DNA from: an uncultured virus (IMG/VR IMGVR_UViG_3300027754_000072)
Lineage: Duplodnaviria > Heunggongvirae > Uroviricota > Caudoviricetes
DNA: 64,000 bases
IMG/VR virus record: IMGVR_UViG_3300027754_000072
Strand: one strand, 5' to 3'
This document shows positions 39,328 through 48,504 of this stretch, piece by piece. Below the pieces are notes generated by a model that was not told the origin of the DNA, did no database searches, and worked only from the letters and a program-made list of their open reading frames with translations. Position numbers and translations under genes: made by a program. Position 1 is the stretch's first letter. Each line of letters opens with the position of its first letter.

Positions 39328-40068
39328 TTAATTATAAATTTGTAAAGATTGACGATCACTAATGTAAATGTTTTCTCCTAGCTCTAATTCAAACCAAACA
39401 TCATAAATTGCTATTTCTAAATCAGTAGTATCAAGCATATAGTAACCATATAATTTTTCACGATAATCCATATTTGCTTTTTCAACTACTAATCTTAAAT
39501 CCTGTTCGCATGGTAAACAATTGCCAGTTCTCTGCTCAATTGAAATTTTTAAATCACCTCTAATAGCTAAATTTTCGTAATATCTTTGAAGATCGGTTCC
39601 TTTTGGAACATTAGGTGTAATCTGAGCGATTAAATACTGTTTAGAGCCTTTTCTAAAGCGATTAGGTCTAAATTGAAATGTAAAATCATAAACAACTGGA
39701 ATTGGTGCTGTGTACCAAAGATCTGGATATGTTTGAAAAATATTTGTTATGCTTGTAGGTTCTTCACATCCTTCAAAAATAACATTCCATACATCTAAGT
39801 AATAGCCAATTGTATAAGTTGGTTCAGATGTTTGTAAGTCTAAAAGATACTTACCTGTACTTTCCCTGACAACATCTTCCCCATCTATTTTTTGAACTAA
39901 ATAACTTTGGGTTGGGTTTGAAATATCAGAACTTGGAGATTCAACTTTGTAAATATCAATATAATTTATAGTTTTTATATTTGCAAAGTTGTTTGAGTTG
40001 TAAACAAATAATCTTAATTTTATCTTATCGCCAACAACAGGATTTTGATATCTTTCTTTAATAGTCAT
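39328..40068 (-). CDS. Putative virion structural protein (beta-rich)
   Basis: Two repeats of GxY...YxDVW-type beta motifs; follows the tail chaperone gene. Confidence 0.5.
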   Translation of the reverse strand: MTIKERYQNPVVGDKIKLRLFVYNSNNFANIKTINYIDIYKVESPSSDISNPTQSYLVQKIDGEDVVRESTGKYLLDLQTSEPTYTIGYYLDVWNVIFEGCEEPTSITNIFQTYPDLWYTAPIPVVYDFTFQFRPNRFRKGSKQYLIAQITPNVPKGTDLQRYYENLAIRGDLKISIEQRTGNCLPCEQDLRLVVEKANMDYREKLYGYYMLDTTDLEIAIYDVWFELELGENIYISDRQSLQIYN

Positions 40069-40075
40069 ATATTAT

Positions 40076-40291
40076 TTATCGCTTTTTTTTGCTTTGTTTT
40101 TTAACTTCTTCGTTTTCTTTTTCTCTTTGATCGATAAATCTATTAATTAAAAAAACTCTTTCATTAATAGGTAATCTCATAGTTACAAACCTATCCATGT
40201 GAAGATGATACTGGAAAAAGAAAATAACTTCAGCTAGGTTATTCCATAAAATTAGGCTTGCGTCTGTTCCTTCTTCCGCCTTGGGAAGAAA
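40076..40291 (-). CDS. -1 frameshift extension of the chaperone (gp51/GT-like segment)
   Basis: The -1 frame after T TTT TTC (40288-40294) reads FLPKAEEGTDASLILWNNLAEVIFFFQYHLHMDRFVTMRLPINERVFLINRFIDQREKENEEVKKQSKKKR*. Confidence 0.7.
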   Translation of the reverse strand, partial: FLPKAEEGTDASLILWNNLAEVIFFFQYHLHMDRFVTMRLPINERVFLINRFIDQREKENEEVKKQSKKKR

Positions 40292-41367
40292 AAACTTGTA
40301 TCTAGCGGTAGATCAATATCAAATTCAGCTAAACAGCTTGGACATCCCATTGGAATCTTAGTATCAAGCCCCCAACCTGGGTCGGTTACAATGCCTCTTA
40401 AATAAGAAATATCTTGCATTGAAAGGTTTTTAATAATATAAAGAATTTCATTTTTATCTTTTACATTTTCAATACTTTCTACAAGTTGAGAAATTCTGTA
40501 AGTTAATGTATCATCTGCTGCTTGATCACCATATTTCTTAACTCTTCTTTCTCGATGATCTTGAATTTCAAATTCATCTTTTCCTAAAGACATTCTATAA
40601 GTAAAACTAAAATTACTTTTTGGTAATTTGCCACAAAGATCAGCAGAAGAAGAAAGATTTTCTGGAGGATTATCAACTGGAATACTATTCAGATCAATAC
40701 TAGTTGCAAACTTAGAAGAGCATTCAGGACATTTGATTTCTACATCATAAGCTGGCCCATAACTAATACCACGAAGATAAATAAGCAAAAATGTACGATC
40801 AATAGAAAGCAAGCTTTGCGTTTGTGTTTTTTCTTCAATGCATCTTTGGAATATCATATCCAAAGCTTGTCCTTTTTTTATAAATCTTGGAGTTGCTAAG
40901 ATTTGTTCTTCCTCACCTGTCATCGGTCTAATGTGAAGCTTTCCGTTAGTAGGCCCATCTTCTCCATTATAAAACTTACCTAATGATGGAAGAGTTATTT
41001 CTTCATATAAAGAAGATTGATTTTTTAAAGATTCTAATAAATTAGTTAATTCTAAGCTAGCATTTCTTGGTACAACAAAATTTGGTTTAACAGGATTAAC
41101 ATTTACTCTTGATTGTGTTGAGTTTTCAAAAGAAGCATTTTCTTCATTTTCTTCTTGCACTCTTTTCAAAGCTTTGGCTACTGCTGGTGGCATATGACCA
41201 GAAACCCCAGGTATGTTCATAACATCACTTGGTTTCAAAGGTGCTTTTTTATTTGAATCTTCTTTGCTTGAATTTTGTCTCAATGGATGATTTTCTGGTA
41301 ATGAGTCAAGATCTGATTGATTTAATCCAATAGGTTGATTTTGCTGTCTTAATATTTCATCTGCCAT
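40252..41367 (-). CDS. Baseplate hub/tail assembly chaperone (T4 gp26-like)
   Basis: ITLPSLGKFY, IRPMTGEEEQIL, DRTFLLIYLRGISYG, CPEC and CPSC, C-terminal SFFFP. Confidence 0.8.
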   Translation of the reverse strand: MADEILRQQNQPIGLNQSDLDSLPENHPLRQNSSKEDSNKKAPLKPSDVMNIPGVSGHMPPAVAKALKRVQEENEENASFENSTQSRVNVNPVKPNFVVPRNASLELTNLLESLKNQSSLYEEITLPSLGKFYNGEDGPTNGKLHIRPMTGEEEQILATPRFIKKGQALDMIFQRCIEEKTQTQSLLSIDRTFLLIYLRGISYGPAYDVEIKCPECSSKFATSIDLNSIPVDNPPENLSSSADLCGKLPKSNFSFTYRMSLGKDEFEIQDHRERRVKKYGDQAADDTLTYRISQLVESIENVKDKNEILYIIKNLSMQDISYLRGIVTDPGWGLDTKIPMGCPSCLAEFDIDLPLDTSFFFPRRKKEQTQA

Positions 41368-41439
41368 TTTAAATTTGCTCCTGTCTTTACAAAAATATAT
41401 AATTATTATAATACCAACTAGTTAAAAATTCAAAAAATT

Positions 41440-41805
41440 ATGATTTTTTTAAATATAAATAATGTAGAAGAAATAATATTCACCGATAAAAAGGTAAGAG
41501 AGCTACTACCTGATTATAAATATTTGTTTGATAGTTTTGACTTATCTAAAGTTAGCACAGGATTAAAACAATTGGGAGTAAGGTGTTTTAATGATTTTTT
41601 AAAAAAAGTTTCTCAAGAACAATTAATACAAGTAGAAAATTATTTTAAAAACAAGATTAAAGTTGAATCTTTAAATTTAGATTTAATTAAAAATATAAAT
41701 GGAAATATTGATGAAGTTGAATTTTATTTACCAGAAGTTTATAATAATATAGATTTGGCTGTTTACAGAAAAAAGGATGAAGTAAAAATAACATTATGGA
41801 AATAA
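41440..41805 (+). CDS. Hypothetical protein
   Basis: 121 aa ORF. Confidence 0.65.
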   Translation: MIFLNINNVEEIIFTDKKVRELLPDYKYLFDSFDLSKVSTGLKQLGVRCFNDFLKKVSQEQLIQVENYFKNKIKVESLNLDLIKNINGNIDEVEFYLPEVYNNIDLAVYRKKDEVKITLWK

Positions 41806-41904
41806 TATACTTTTTATTTGGTTGTTTTGTTTTTGTAGCAATCGTAGAAAATCTTTTTCCGAACGAAGAGAAATAAACATATAATTTATTAAGGAGACTT
41901 TAAG

Positions 41905-42312
41905 ATGAATGATTTAGTTGATTTTTTTGTATTTTTATTTGGATGTGTTGGTATTACAAGCATAATTGTTGATGGAGAAATATTTAAACCTGTAAAAGAT
42001 TACATTCATAATAAAGTGCCTGAATTTTTTAATTCACTTTTAAACTGTTATCAATGTTCTGGATTTTGGGTCGGCATTATTTTTGCAGCAGCAATAAATT
42101 ATAATTATTTAGATAATATACCTAATATTGCTTCTTTGATTTTACATGGAGGTCTAGCAAGTGCTGCAAGTTATTTCTATGCTCTTTATCTTACTTATTT
42201 AGAAGCAAACTCCATGGTTCAATTTAATGACTATCCAGCAAGTGAACCAGAGGAAAATAAACCAGAGGAAAATAAACCAGAGGAAAATACAAATAATGTC
42301 GGAGATAATTAG
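41905..42312 (+). CDS. DUF1360-like membrane protein
   Basis: IVDGEIFKPVK...LLNCYQCSGFWVG with flanking TM segments; PEENK x3 repeat. Confidence 0.7.
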   Translation: MNDLVDFFVFLFGCVGITSIIVDGEIFKPVKDYIHNKVPEFFNSLLNCYQCSGFWVGIIFAAAINYNYLDNIPNIASLILHGGLASAASYFYALYLTYLEANSMVQFNDYPASEPEENKPEENKPEENTNNVGDN

Positions 42313-42676
42313 TTTATTAGATGTTAAAAGAGCCTTGCGTGATAGTAAATTCAGGGAAACACTACCTGAATCATTGTTATCTGATGTGCAAAAATTTTTA
42401 AATAACCCTGGTTGTGCTTGTAATGTTCCAATTTATAGAAAAGTAATGAAGCTTGGAGGAGAACAGCTAAAAGCTTTTTTCTCAGGCAAGGCATTAGTTA
42501 CTCCAGAAGAAGAAGCAGAAAAACTAGCTAAAAATAACTGGACTGTTATAAATTGTAGTATCGGTGAATTAGAATCTAGGTTAAAAAAACTAAGTCCAGG
42601 TAGAAAACAAATAGCTCTCTCTAGATTTGAAGATCAAGTAACGGCAATCATAAACGAATTAGATGTTGTTTTCTGA
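42296..42676 (+). CDS. Hypothetical protein (NPGCACN motif)
   Basis: ATG 42296; the upstream extension in the ORF track is a repeat artefact. Confidence 0.65.
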   Translation: MSEIISLLDVKRALRDSKFRETLPESLLSDVQKFLNNPGCACNVPIYRKVMKLGGEQLKAFFSGKALVTPEEEAEKLAKNNWTVINCSIGELESRLKKLSPGRKQIALSRFEDQVTAIINELDVVF

Positions 42677-43615
42677 TGTAAAATTAGTTTGATTATCTAA
42701 TATTTTCTTACAGGATTCTATCATTTTAGTAGGGTATTTTTTATACTTCTCAGGTATTAAAAACCAATCATCGTTAAAGTTTCTTTGTTTGCCAGAAATA
42801 ATCGCATATTCATAAAATGTTTTGGCGTAATAAAAATTTTTATTCTCATACCAATAATCACCACAAAAACACCAAAATTCTGCCATGTGTGGCATTTTTG
42901 CCAAGCAGGTAGTTATGTTTTGAATTATTTTATTCTTATTAGTATTTTTAAATAATAATATAAGGCAAATATAATATCTTATTAATATTTCATTTTCTTC
43001 TTTTATATTTTTGTTAAATAGAAACTTTTCTGCTTCACATAAAAAATTATCATATTCTTGGTTAATTAAAAAATTAATAGCTTTGTAATAGTTTATTTGA
43101 TTATTTAAAGGTTCTTCTTTTTGCCACTCATTTAATATTTTAGAAAAATTTTTCCTTTTACACGCTGAAGCATTTATAAAAATGTTTTTATTTAATTCAA
43201 AACTTTGATCTTCAATAGATTCAAAAATTTTATTAGAAAAAATAAATTTATTTTTATTTGATATTCTACTTTCTTTTACGATTGTAGAATCGTAAACGAT
43301 TGAAACTTTATAATTTTTATTCTCTAAAAAGTCTTTTATGCATTTTGTCGTTAAAACTTCTCCAACATTTAAATGCAACAAAAGGTTGTCAGGTAAGAAA
43401 ATTTTATTTTTATTTCTAATACTAGAAAAATCGTTTTCTATTAAATTGTCTTTAATTATAACTATATTTTCTTCTTTTAATTTTTTTATTGAATCTGTAG
43501 TTGTAATAATGTAAATATCATCAACTTCATCTCTTGCTGAATTTATAGTTTTTAATAAATCTTCTAATTTTTCATCGTGAAATAAAATTACTGCTGTTAT
43601 TTTCAAATTTAACAT
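42659..43615 (-). CDS. Degenerate GT2-like plus TPR protein
   Basis: ITAVIL...TINSARDEVDDIYI, NDFSSIRN; C-terminal TPR-like AEFWCFCGDYWY...AKTFYEYA. Confidence 0.6.
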   Translation of the reverse strand: MLNLKITAVILFHDEKLEDLLKTINSARDEVDDIYIITTTDSIKKLKEENIVIIKDNLIENDFSSIRNKNKIFLPDNLLLHLNVGEVLTTKCIKDFLENKNYKVSIVYDSTIVKESRISNKNKFIFSNKIFESIEDQSFELNKNIFINASACKRKNFSKILNEWQKEEPLNNQINYYKAINFLINQEYDNFLCEAEKFLFNKNIKEENEILIRYYICLILLFKNTNKNKIIQNITTCLAKMPHMAEFWCFCGDYWYENKNFYYAKTFYEYAIISGKQRNFNDDWFLIPEKYKKYPTKMIESCKKILDNQTNFTSENNI

Positions 43616-43754
43616 TTTCTATAATATCTTCAAAAACTTTAGATTGTTTAGTTAAATTATTTTTATCATAATAATTTTTTATTTCAATTAAATCTTTTAA
43701 ACTATTTGGATTATTAAAAAAGTTTAAAAAACTATCATAAAATTTATTAATCAT
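43572..43754 (-). CDS. Hypothetical protein
   Basis: 60 aa ORF overlapping both neighbours. Confidence 0.5.
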   Translation of the reverse strand: MINKFYDSFLNFFNNPNSLKDLIEIKNYYDKNNLTKQSKVFEDIIENVKFENNSSNFISR

Positions 43755-44268
43755 TATTATAATCTTGATTTTTTTGAATTCTATCTCTTCTTTTAGCTGG
43801 TAAATAACTTGCTAAAGTTTTTTGATACATGTCATTTATTTTTCTTTTCAATTCTTGATAGTTTCTTGCTGCTCTATAAAGCTGCTTGAAATGATTCAAG
43901 ATACAGGTTGTCATATAGTTGAAAGCTTTTCCTTTTGAAGGATCAAATTTTTCTGCTCTTTCAAAACAAATTACTACTCCTTCTTGTACTGAATCATCTT
44001 CGTCTATGTGGCTGAATTTTGCGTATTTTACAATGTTCTTAGAAAGAGTGTAAAAAGCATTTGCTAATTCTATTTGTGCCAAGCTATGCTCTTCTTGCGA
44101 CTTTGAAGGTTCGTTATTTGGAACTGCAAGTGATTTAAAAACATTATTGGTTTTTTGCATTTGAATATCTTCATGAAGTATTTCATATTTTAATTTGTTC
44201 TTTTTTGTTAACTGAAAGCTAATAATTAACTTCTCAAATGTTTTATTATTTAAATATTCATTGCTCAT
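43747..44268 (-). CDS. Late-transcription sigma factor-like protein (gp55-like, region 2 only)
   Basis: MSNEYLNNK start; DDSVQEGVVICFERAEKFDPSKGKAFNYMTTCILNHF; lies next to the tail genes. Confidence 0.75.
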   Translation of the reverse strand: MSNEYLNNKTFEKLIISFQLTKKNKLKYEILHEDIQMQKTNNVFKSLAVPNNEPSKSQEEHSLAQIELANAFYTLSKNIVKYAKFSHIDEDDSVQEGVVICFERAEKFDPSKGKAFNYMTTCILNHFKQLYRAARNYQELKRKINDMYQKTLASYLPAKRRDRIQKNQDYNND

Positions 44269-44332
44269 TCTTTTAAAATAGTTTGTTTTTTTATTTTTAT
44301 ACGATAAAATATTATATAACGAAAGGCTTATT

Positions 44333-44572
44333 GTGATAAAAGATTTTGTGGAAATATTAGAGAGACAAGAAATATTACAAAAAATAGAAGAAGCAGGATA
44401 TAAACAAACTATCGACACCTTGCTTCTTAATGAAAGTAAAGTATACACTAAAAAAGGAAGGTTAAACAAAAGCGGAGCTTGCAGAATATTAAAATGTAAA
44501 CCTAAAGATTTAGATGATTTACTTAAAAAATTCAGAGAAATTATTAATGCAAATCAATTTTTGGAAAAATAA
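44333..44572 (+). CDS. Small HTH-like protein
   Basis: GRLNKSGACRILKCKPKDL helix-turn-helix pattern; divergent from the sigma-like gene. Confidence 0.5.
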   Translation: MIKDFVEILERQEILQKIEEAGYKQTIDTLLLNESKVYTKKGRLNKSGACRILKCKPKDLDDLLKKFREIINANQFLEK

Positions 44573-45097
44573 TTATTTATTATATTCAATATAAGCTCTA
44601 TCATATTTAAGTGATAGAGTTATATTTACTATGCCTTCTTCTTCCATGCTTAATTCATCAAAATTAATATCTTCTGGGTATATACCCTCAAAATTCCATG
44701 TTTCCATAACACTTCCGCAACCATCATAAAGCTTTAAAATTGCATCTTTTTTAAAGCTATTTTTTGAATTGTTACCATTACTTATTGGATATTTATAATT
44801 TTGGTTTTGAAGTTTTGGATTGTACATAGGTTCTATCCATTTATCCCATAAAGGATTCATGTTACATTTAGTATCAAATAATATTAATGTAATTGGTTTC
44901 CATTCTGGTTTTACTGGATAAGAAATAGTTTCATTTAAATGCTCAAAGCTTTGTGATTTAAAACTTAAAGTTGGCCTTGATGCTTTTGATGGTGGTAATA
45001 CATTGATTCCATCGCCAATTATTCCATCAACGAAAAAAAGCCACCTAAATTTTCTTTTGAAAATTGCACTTGGCAAGTTTCCAAGTCCCATGTCCAT
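44573..45097 (-). CDS. Tail tube-like protein (gp19 family)
   Basis: FKRKFRW, SRPTL, KPEWKPITL, LYDGCG..METW...YP..INFDEL, LKYDRA. Confidence 0.82.
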   Translation of the reverse strand: MDMGLGNLPSAIFKRKFRWLFFVDGIIGDGINVLPPSKASRPTLSFKSQSFEHLNETISYPVKPEWKPITLILFDTKCNMNPLWDKWIEPMYNPKLQNQNYKYPISNGNNSKNSFKKDAILKLYDGCGSVMETWNFEGIYPEDINFDELSMEEEGIVNITLSLKYDRAYIEYNK

Positions 45098-45132
45098 ATT
45101 TTCCTCTTTATCTTATATATTATAATTAATTA

Positions 45133-45164
45133 AAAAAACCTACTTTATTTAATAAAGTAGGTTT
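45133..45164. terminator. Intrinsic terminator after the major tube gene
   Basis: aaacctactttatt/aataaagtaggttt perfect hairpin with A-tract (U-tract on minus strand). Confidence 0.75.
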
Positions 45165-45222
45165 CAAATTAATTTTATTAACAACTAAAAATTTGATGTT
45201 GCTATCATTACTGAAGAATTAC

Positions 45223-45918
45223 TTAACGAGGTTCGACATCTTCGGGAATACCAGTATTAGTAATGCTTTCTAATGATCTATTTCCTTGTTTATAAGTTGC
45301 ATTTAGGGGATTACCATCTCCACCACAACCAGCACAATAAACATAGAAGTCAGTGGAACATCTTCCATTAGAAGTAAAGTATTCAAAATTTCTATATCTG
45401 AATGTGCATTCTATAGTACATTCATCTTCTGTTGCATAGTCAAGTTCTCCAAAATTTATCGTAGTTGGCCAAGGATTTAAATAAGCGAATCCATCAATTA
45501 CTTCTCCACAACCATCTAGCATTTTTAAGAGTCCAACTTTAGCAGTATATCCACCTGCTACATTTTGTGCAGAAGATTGAGTTAGAGTTATTGAGTTTGT
45601 AAAATCATATACAGTTGCTAACCAAGTAAATAAACCACTAATAGATTGTGCTCCAGCTTGGCTTGCAACATCAAAAAATGTTACTTGGGTAGTATCTGGA
45701 GTACCCTTACCAGGAATCCACATCTTACCATTAAGATAATTTATTTCTGTTTCTCCAATTGTTAAGCTAGGTCTATTTGCATTTTTTACAAAACTTGGAG
45801 GAATATCAAATTCTCCATCGATACCACACACTCCTTGAAATTCCATAGTCCATCTAAATTTTCTTTTAAATACTGTGTCGCCACTTCCTAAAATTCCAAG
45901 TCCCATTTCCTGTGCCAT
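45223..45918 (-). CDS. Tail tube protein (gp19 family)
   Basis: FKRKFRW, ANRPSL, INYLNG..WIPGK, MLDGCG, WPTTINFGELDY; follows the sheath gene. Confidence 0.88.
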   Translation of the reverse strand: MAQEMGLGILGSGDTVFKRKFRWTMEFQGVCGIDGEFDIPPSFVKNANRPSLTIGETEINYLNGKMWIPGKGTPDTTQVTFFDVASQAGAQSISGLFTWLATVYDFTNSITLTQSSAQNVAGGYTAKVGLLKMLDGCGEVIDGFAYLNPWPTTINFGELDYATEDECTIECTFRYRNFEYFTSNGRCSTDFYVYCAGCGGDGNPLNATYKQGNRSLESITNTGIPEDVEPR

Positions 45919-45950
45919 GATGCCTCCTTATTTAATTTTAAATAAATATT

Positions 45951-48287
45951 TTATATAGTGCCAGTTCTTTGTAAGGTGAATTCTATAAATATAAATTCAA
46001 CTGCTTTTGTTGGTACAATACCAATTTTTGCCCTTAATTCATTTCTATCAATAACATCTGGTGTGTTAATTGTTTTATCGCATAACACGCTGTATGCTGA
46101 AATTCCTCTGCCAAGTGATACAGTGTCTAAAACATCTTTTGCTATTCTAACAAAATTAGCTCTTGTATTTTCATCATTTGGCTCAAACAACAAAGATTTT
46201 GATCTATTTTTAATTTGTCTTTCAACATAAAACATCATTCTGCGAACATTTACTCTGTCAAGAGCAGTAGGTCTGCGTTGTAATGTTTTTTGACCAAAAA
46301 TATTAAAGCCATTTGTATCAGAAAAAGTTACGATTGGATTGATGGCATTACCATTTCCATACATTAAATCTCTTTCTACTAAACTCGGTCTGTTGTATAC
46401 ATCATTGACATTTGTTAATAATCCTCTGTCTAGACCAGCAGGAGCAAACCAAGGATTAGACATAGAATCACTTCTTGCATATGCAGCAGCTACAGATCCA
46501 CTTGGAGGCACCCATACATTAATACCATTGTCAACATCGTTAATCATTAGCCAAGGCCAATAAAGTGCTGCAAAATCAGAATTTAACGGGAAAGTGTTTA
46601 AAGGATGAACACCATTTGACCAATCAATAATTTCTCGTACTGTTAATCCAAATGGAGGATCGATTAATGCTAGACAATCGCCTCTTTCTGCACACATGTC
46701 AATTAATGCTCTAACTACTCTAGTAGAAGAGTGGCCAGGTACAGAAACAATATCAATTGTTAATTGATCTGGTTCACTCAAAGCATAAAGACCAGTAAAA
46801 GATACACGATTACCAATCAGCAATGAATCTTGATCATCTGGATCAGGTGGAATACCGTCAGTTCCACCTACTAACAATGATCCGTTAGGGCCATTATCAG
46901 CTGGTGGAGCAGCAACAGTCGTGTTGTCTATTGCTCTGATGTAATCACTTACAAGGTTTAAGTAAGTTTCAATATAGTAACGAGAGCCTTGCATTTTTGA
47001 AAGCTGTCCCCAAGATTCAACTTGTACACCTTTGTTGAATACTCTTAAGGTAAAGTTACCAGTTTCTATATCGTTATCTATTAATACAGAAGTATCATTT
47101 CCATCAATACCAGCTGAATCTGCTGTAATGGTTAAGCTTATATCTGTAGTTGTACTTACTCCGCCAATTATTCCAAGAGTATCAACATTGATATCATCGC
47201 TAACACCATTTGGAGAAATTCCTGATTTGGTTTTTCCATTAAAACCAAATACAGTAAGTGCAGTTGCGTTTGTTTTGATTAAAATTCTTGCATCTCTACC
47301 ACTATGAAGAGTTTCAAAGCTAAGTTTGTTTGCGTCAGAAACTGCTTTGAATCCACCTGGTAATGATAAAATTTCAGCGTTGATTGCAATTACAATATCT
47401 GCAAGATCTTGATTGACTCCTTCAAGAGATGCCAAAGATATTTCTTGAATTACACCATCAATATTTGGATTGTCAGTTCCATCAACAACTATTTGCAGTG
47501 AAGTACCAATTAATCCTGTAAAATCATAAAAGCCATCGTTTTGATAAGGATCAGAAGTAGGATATTTTTGATTACCGCCAGAAGAAGAGGCTGATGTCAT
47601 GCCAGTTCCTAAGCCTACTTCGCTACTTTGACCGTATAATGAATTAAGAACAGAAACTAATTCTATTGAAGAATTTGAGCCATAAGCCCAAACACTTCTT
47701 AATCCTAAAGTTGCATCAATACCGTCATCAAATACAAAAAATTCAATTCCATCTACATCTGGAATAAGTTGGTCATTTAACAATGATACTAATTCACTTG
47801 GTGCATATGTACCAATTGGAACGACTAATATTTTTGATGCAAGAACGCCATTGAGCTTCCATCTAAAGAAGCTATCCATTGTTATGCTGTAAGTATCATA
47901 TGAGCTTATATAATTTGAATGAATTTCTACAGCAGATCCTGATGCAACTAAGTCTACTTCAGCAGTTGTAGCAGCGTAATCGTTAACAGTATTAGTTTCT
48001 GCTACTCTTAGAATGTATGCACTATTAGAAGTTCTTAAGAATTGTGATACTGCATAATACAAGTATGGATCGCTAGTATCAGGATGAGGATATCCAAAGA
48101 TTCTATTTAAATCAGATTGTGATCTAACTAAAGTTGGTAAGTTAATTGGGCCTTTTGAGGCAAAACCTACAAAAGCTCCAGCAGTACCACCTTGAAGAAC
48201 ATCTCCATAAAAACTTAAATCTCTTTCAGCAATTCTTACTGAAGGACTAATAGTATTTGAAGGTGGAAAGCCTTTTAATAATGCCAT
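45951..48287 (-). CDS. Contractile tail sheath protein (gp18 family)
   Basis: SPSVRIAERD, GFASKGP, YWPW, VPPSG, WFAPAGLDRG, INPI, GQKTLQ, RVNVRR, PTKAVEFI. Confidence 0.96.
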   Translation of the reverse strand: MALLKGFPPSNTISPSVRIAERDLSFYGDVLQGGTAGAFVGFASKGPINLPTLVRSQSDLNRIFGYPHPDTSDPYLYYAVSQFLRTSNSAYILRVAETNTVNDYAATTAEVDLVASGSAVEIHSNYISSYDTYSITMDSFFRWKLNGVLASKILVVPIGTYAPSELVSLLNDQLIPDVDGIEFFVFDDGIDATLGLRSVWAYGSNSSIELVSVLNSLYGQSSEVGLGTGMTSASSSGGNQKYPTSDPYQNDGFYDFTGLIGTSLQIVVDGTDNPNIDGVIQEISLASLEGVNQDLADIVIAINAEILSLPGGFKAVSDANKLSFETLHSGRDARILIKTNATALTVFGFNGKTKSGISPNGVSDDINVDTLGIIGGVSTTTDISLTITADSAGIDGNDTSVLIDNDIETGNFTLRVFNKGVQVESWGQLSKMQGSRYYIETYLNLVSDYIRAIDNTTVAAPPADNGPNGSLLVGGTDGIPPDPDDQDSLLIGNRVSFTGLYALSEPDQLTIDIVSVPGHSSTRVVRALIDMCAERGDCLALIDPPFGLTVREIIDWSNGVHPLNTFPLNSDFAALYWPWLMINDVDNGINVWVPPSGSVAAAYARSDSMSNPWFAPAGLDRGLLTNVNDVYNRPSLVERDLMYGNGNAINPIVTFSDTNGFNIFGQKTLQRRPTALDRVNVRRMMFYVERQIKNRSKSLLFEPNDENTRANFVRIAKDVLDTVSLGRGISAYSVLCDKTINTPDVIDRNELRAKIGIVPTKAVEFIFIEFTLQRTGTI

Positions 48288-48306
48288 GATTTTTCTCCCT
48301 TTTTTC

Positions 48307-48504
48307 TTATACGGTTCTTTTGGAAATTAATCCTGCTGCAACAGCACGATCTATATATTCAGTTTCTCTTTCATCTTGTAAGAAAAAAATATTTTTTTTA
48401 GCACCAACGCCAGGTATATTTAAACAAGTAAATGAATTTGGTATCTTTGTTGACTTTACTAAAATTTGTACAGGGTACTTTTTTTTATTTACCAATTCAA
48501 TCAT
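48307..48504 (-). CDS. Small hypothetical protein in the tail operon
   Basis: 65 aa ORF coupled to the upstream gene. Confidence 0.65.
   Translation of the reverse strand: MIELVNKKKYPVQILVKSTKIPNSFTCLNIPGVGAKKNIFFLQDERETEYIDRAVAAGLISKRTV

Noticed and set aside
44269..44469. N-terminal extension of the sigma-like ORF given in the track
   Set aside because: It overlaps a plausible opposite-strand gene; the gp55-like sequence begins at MSNEYLNNK (44268).
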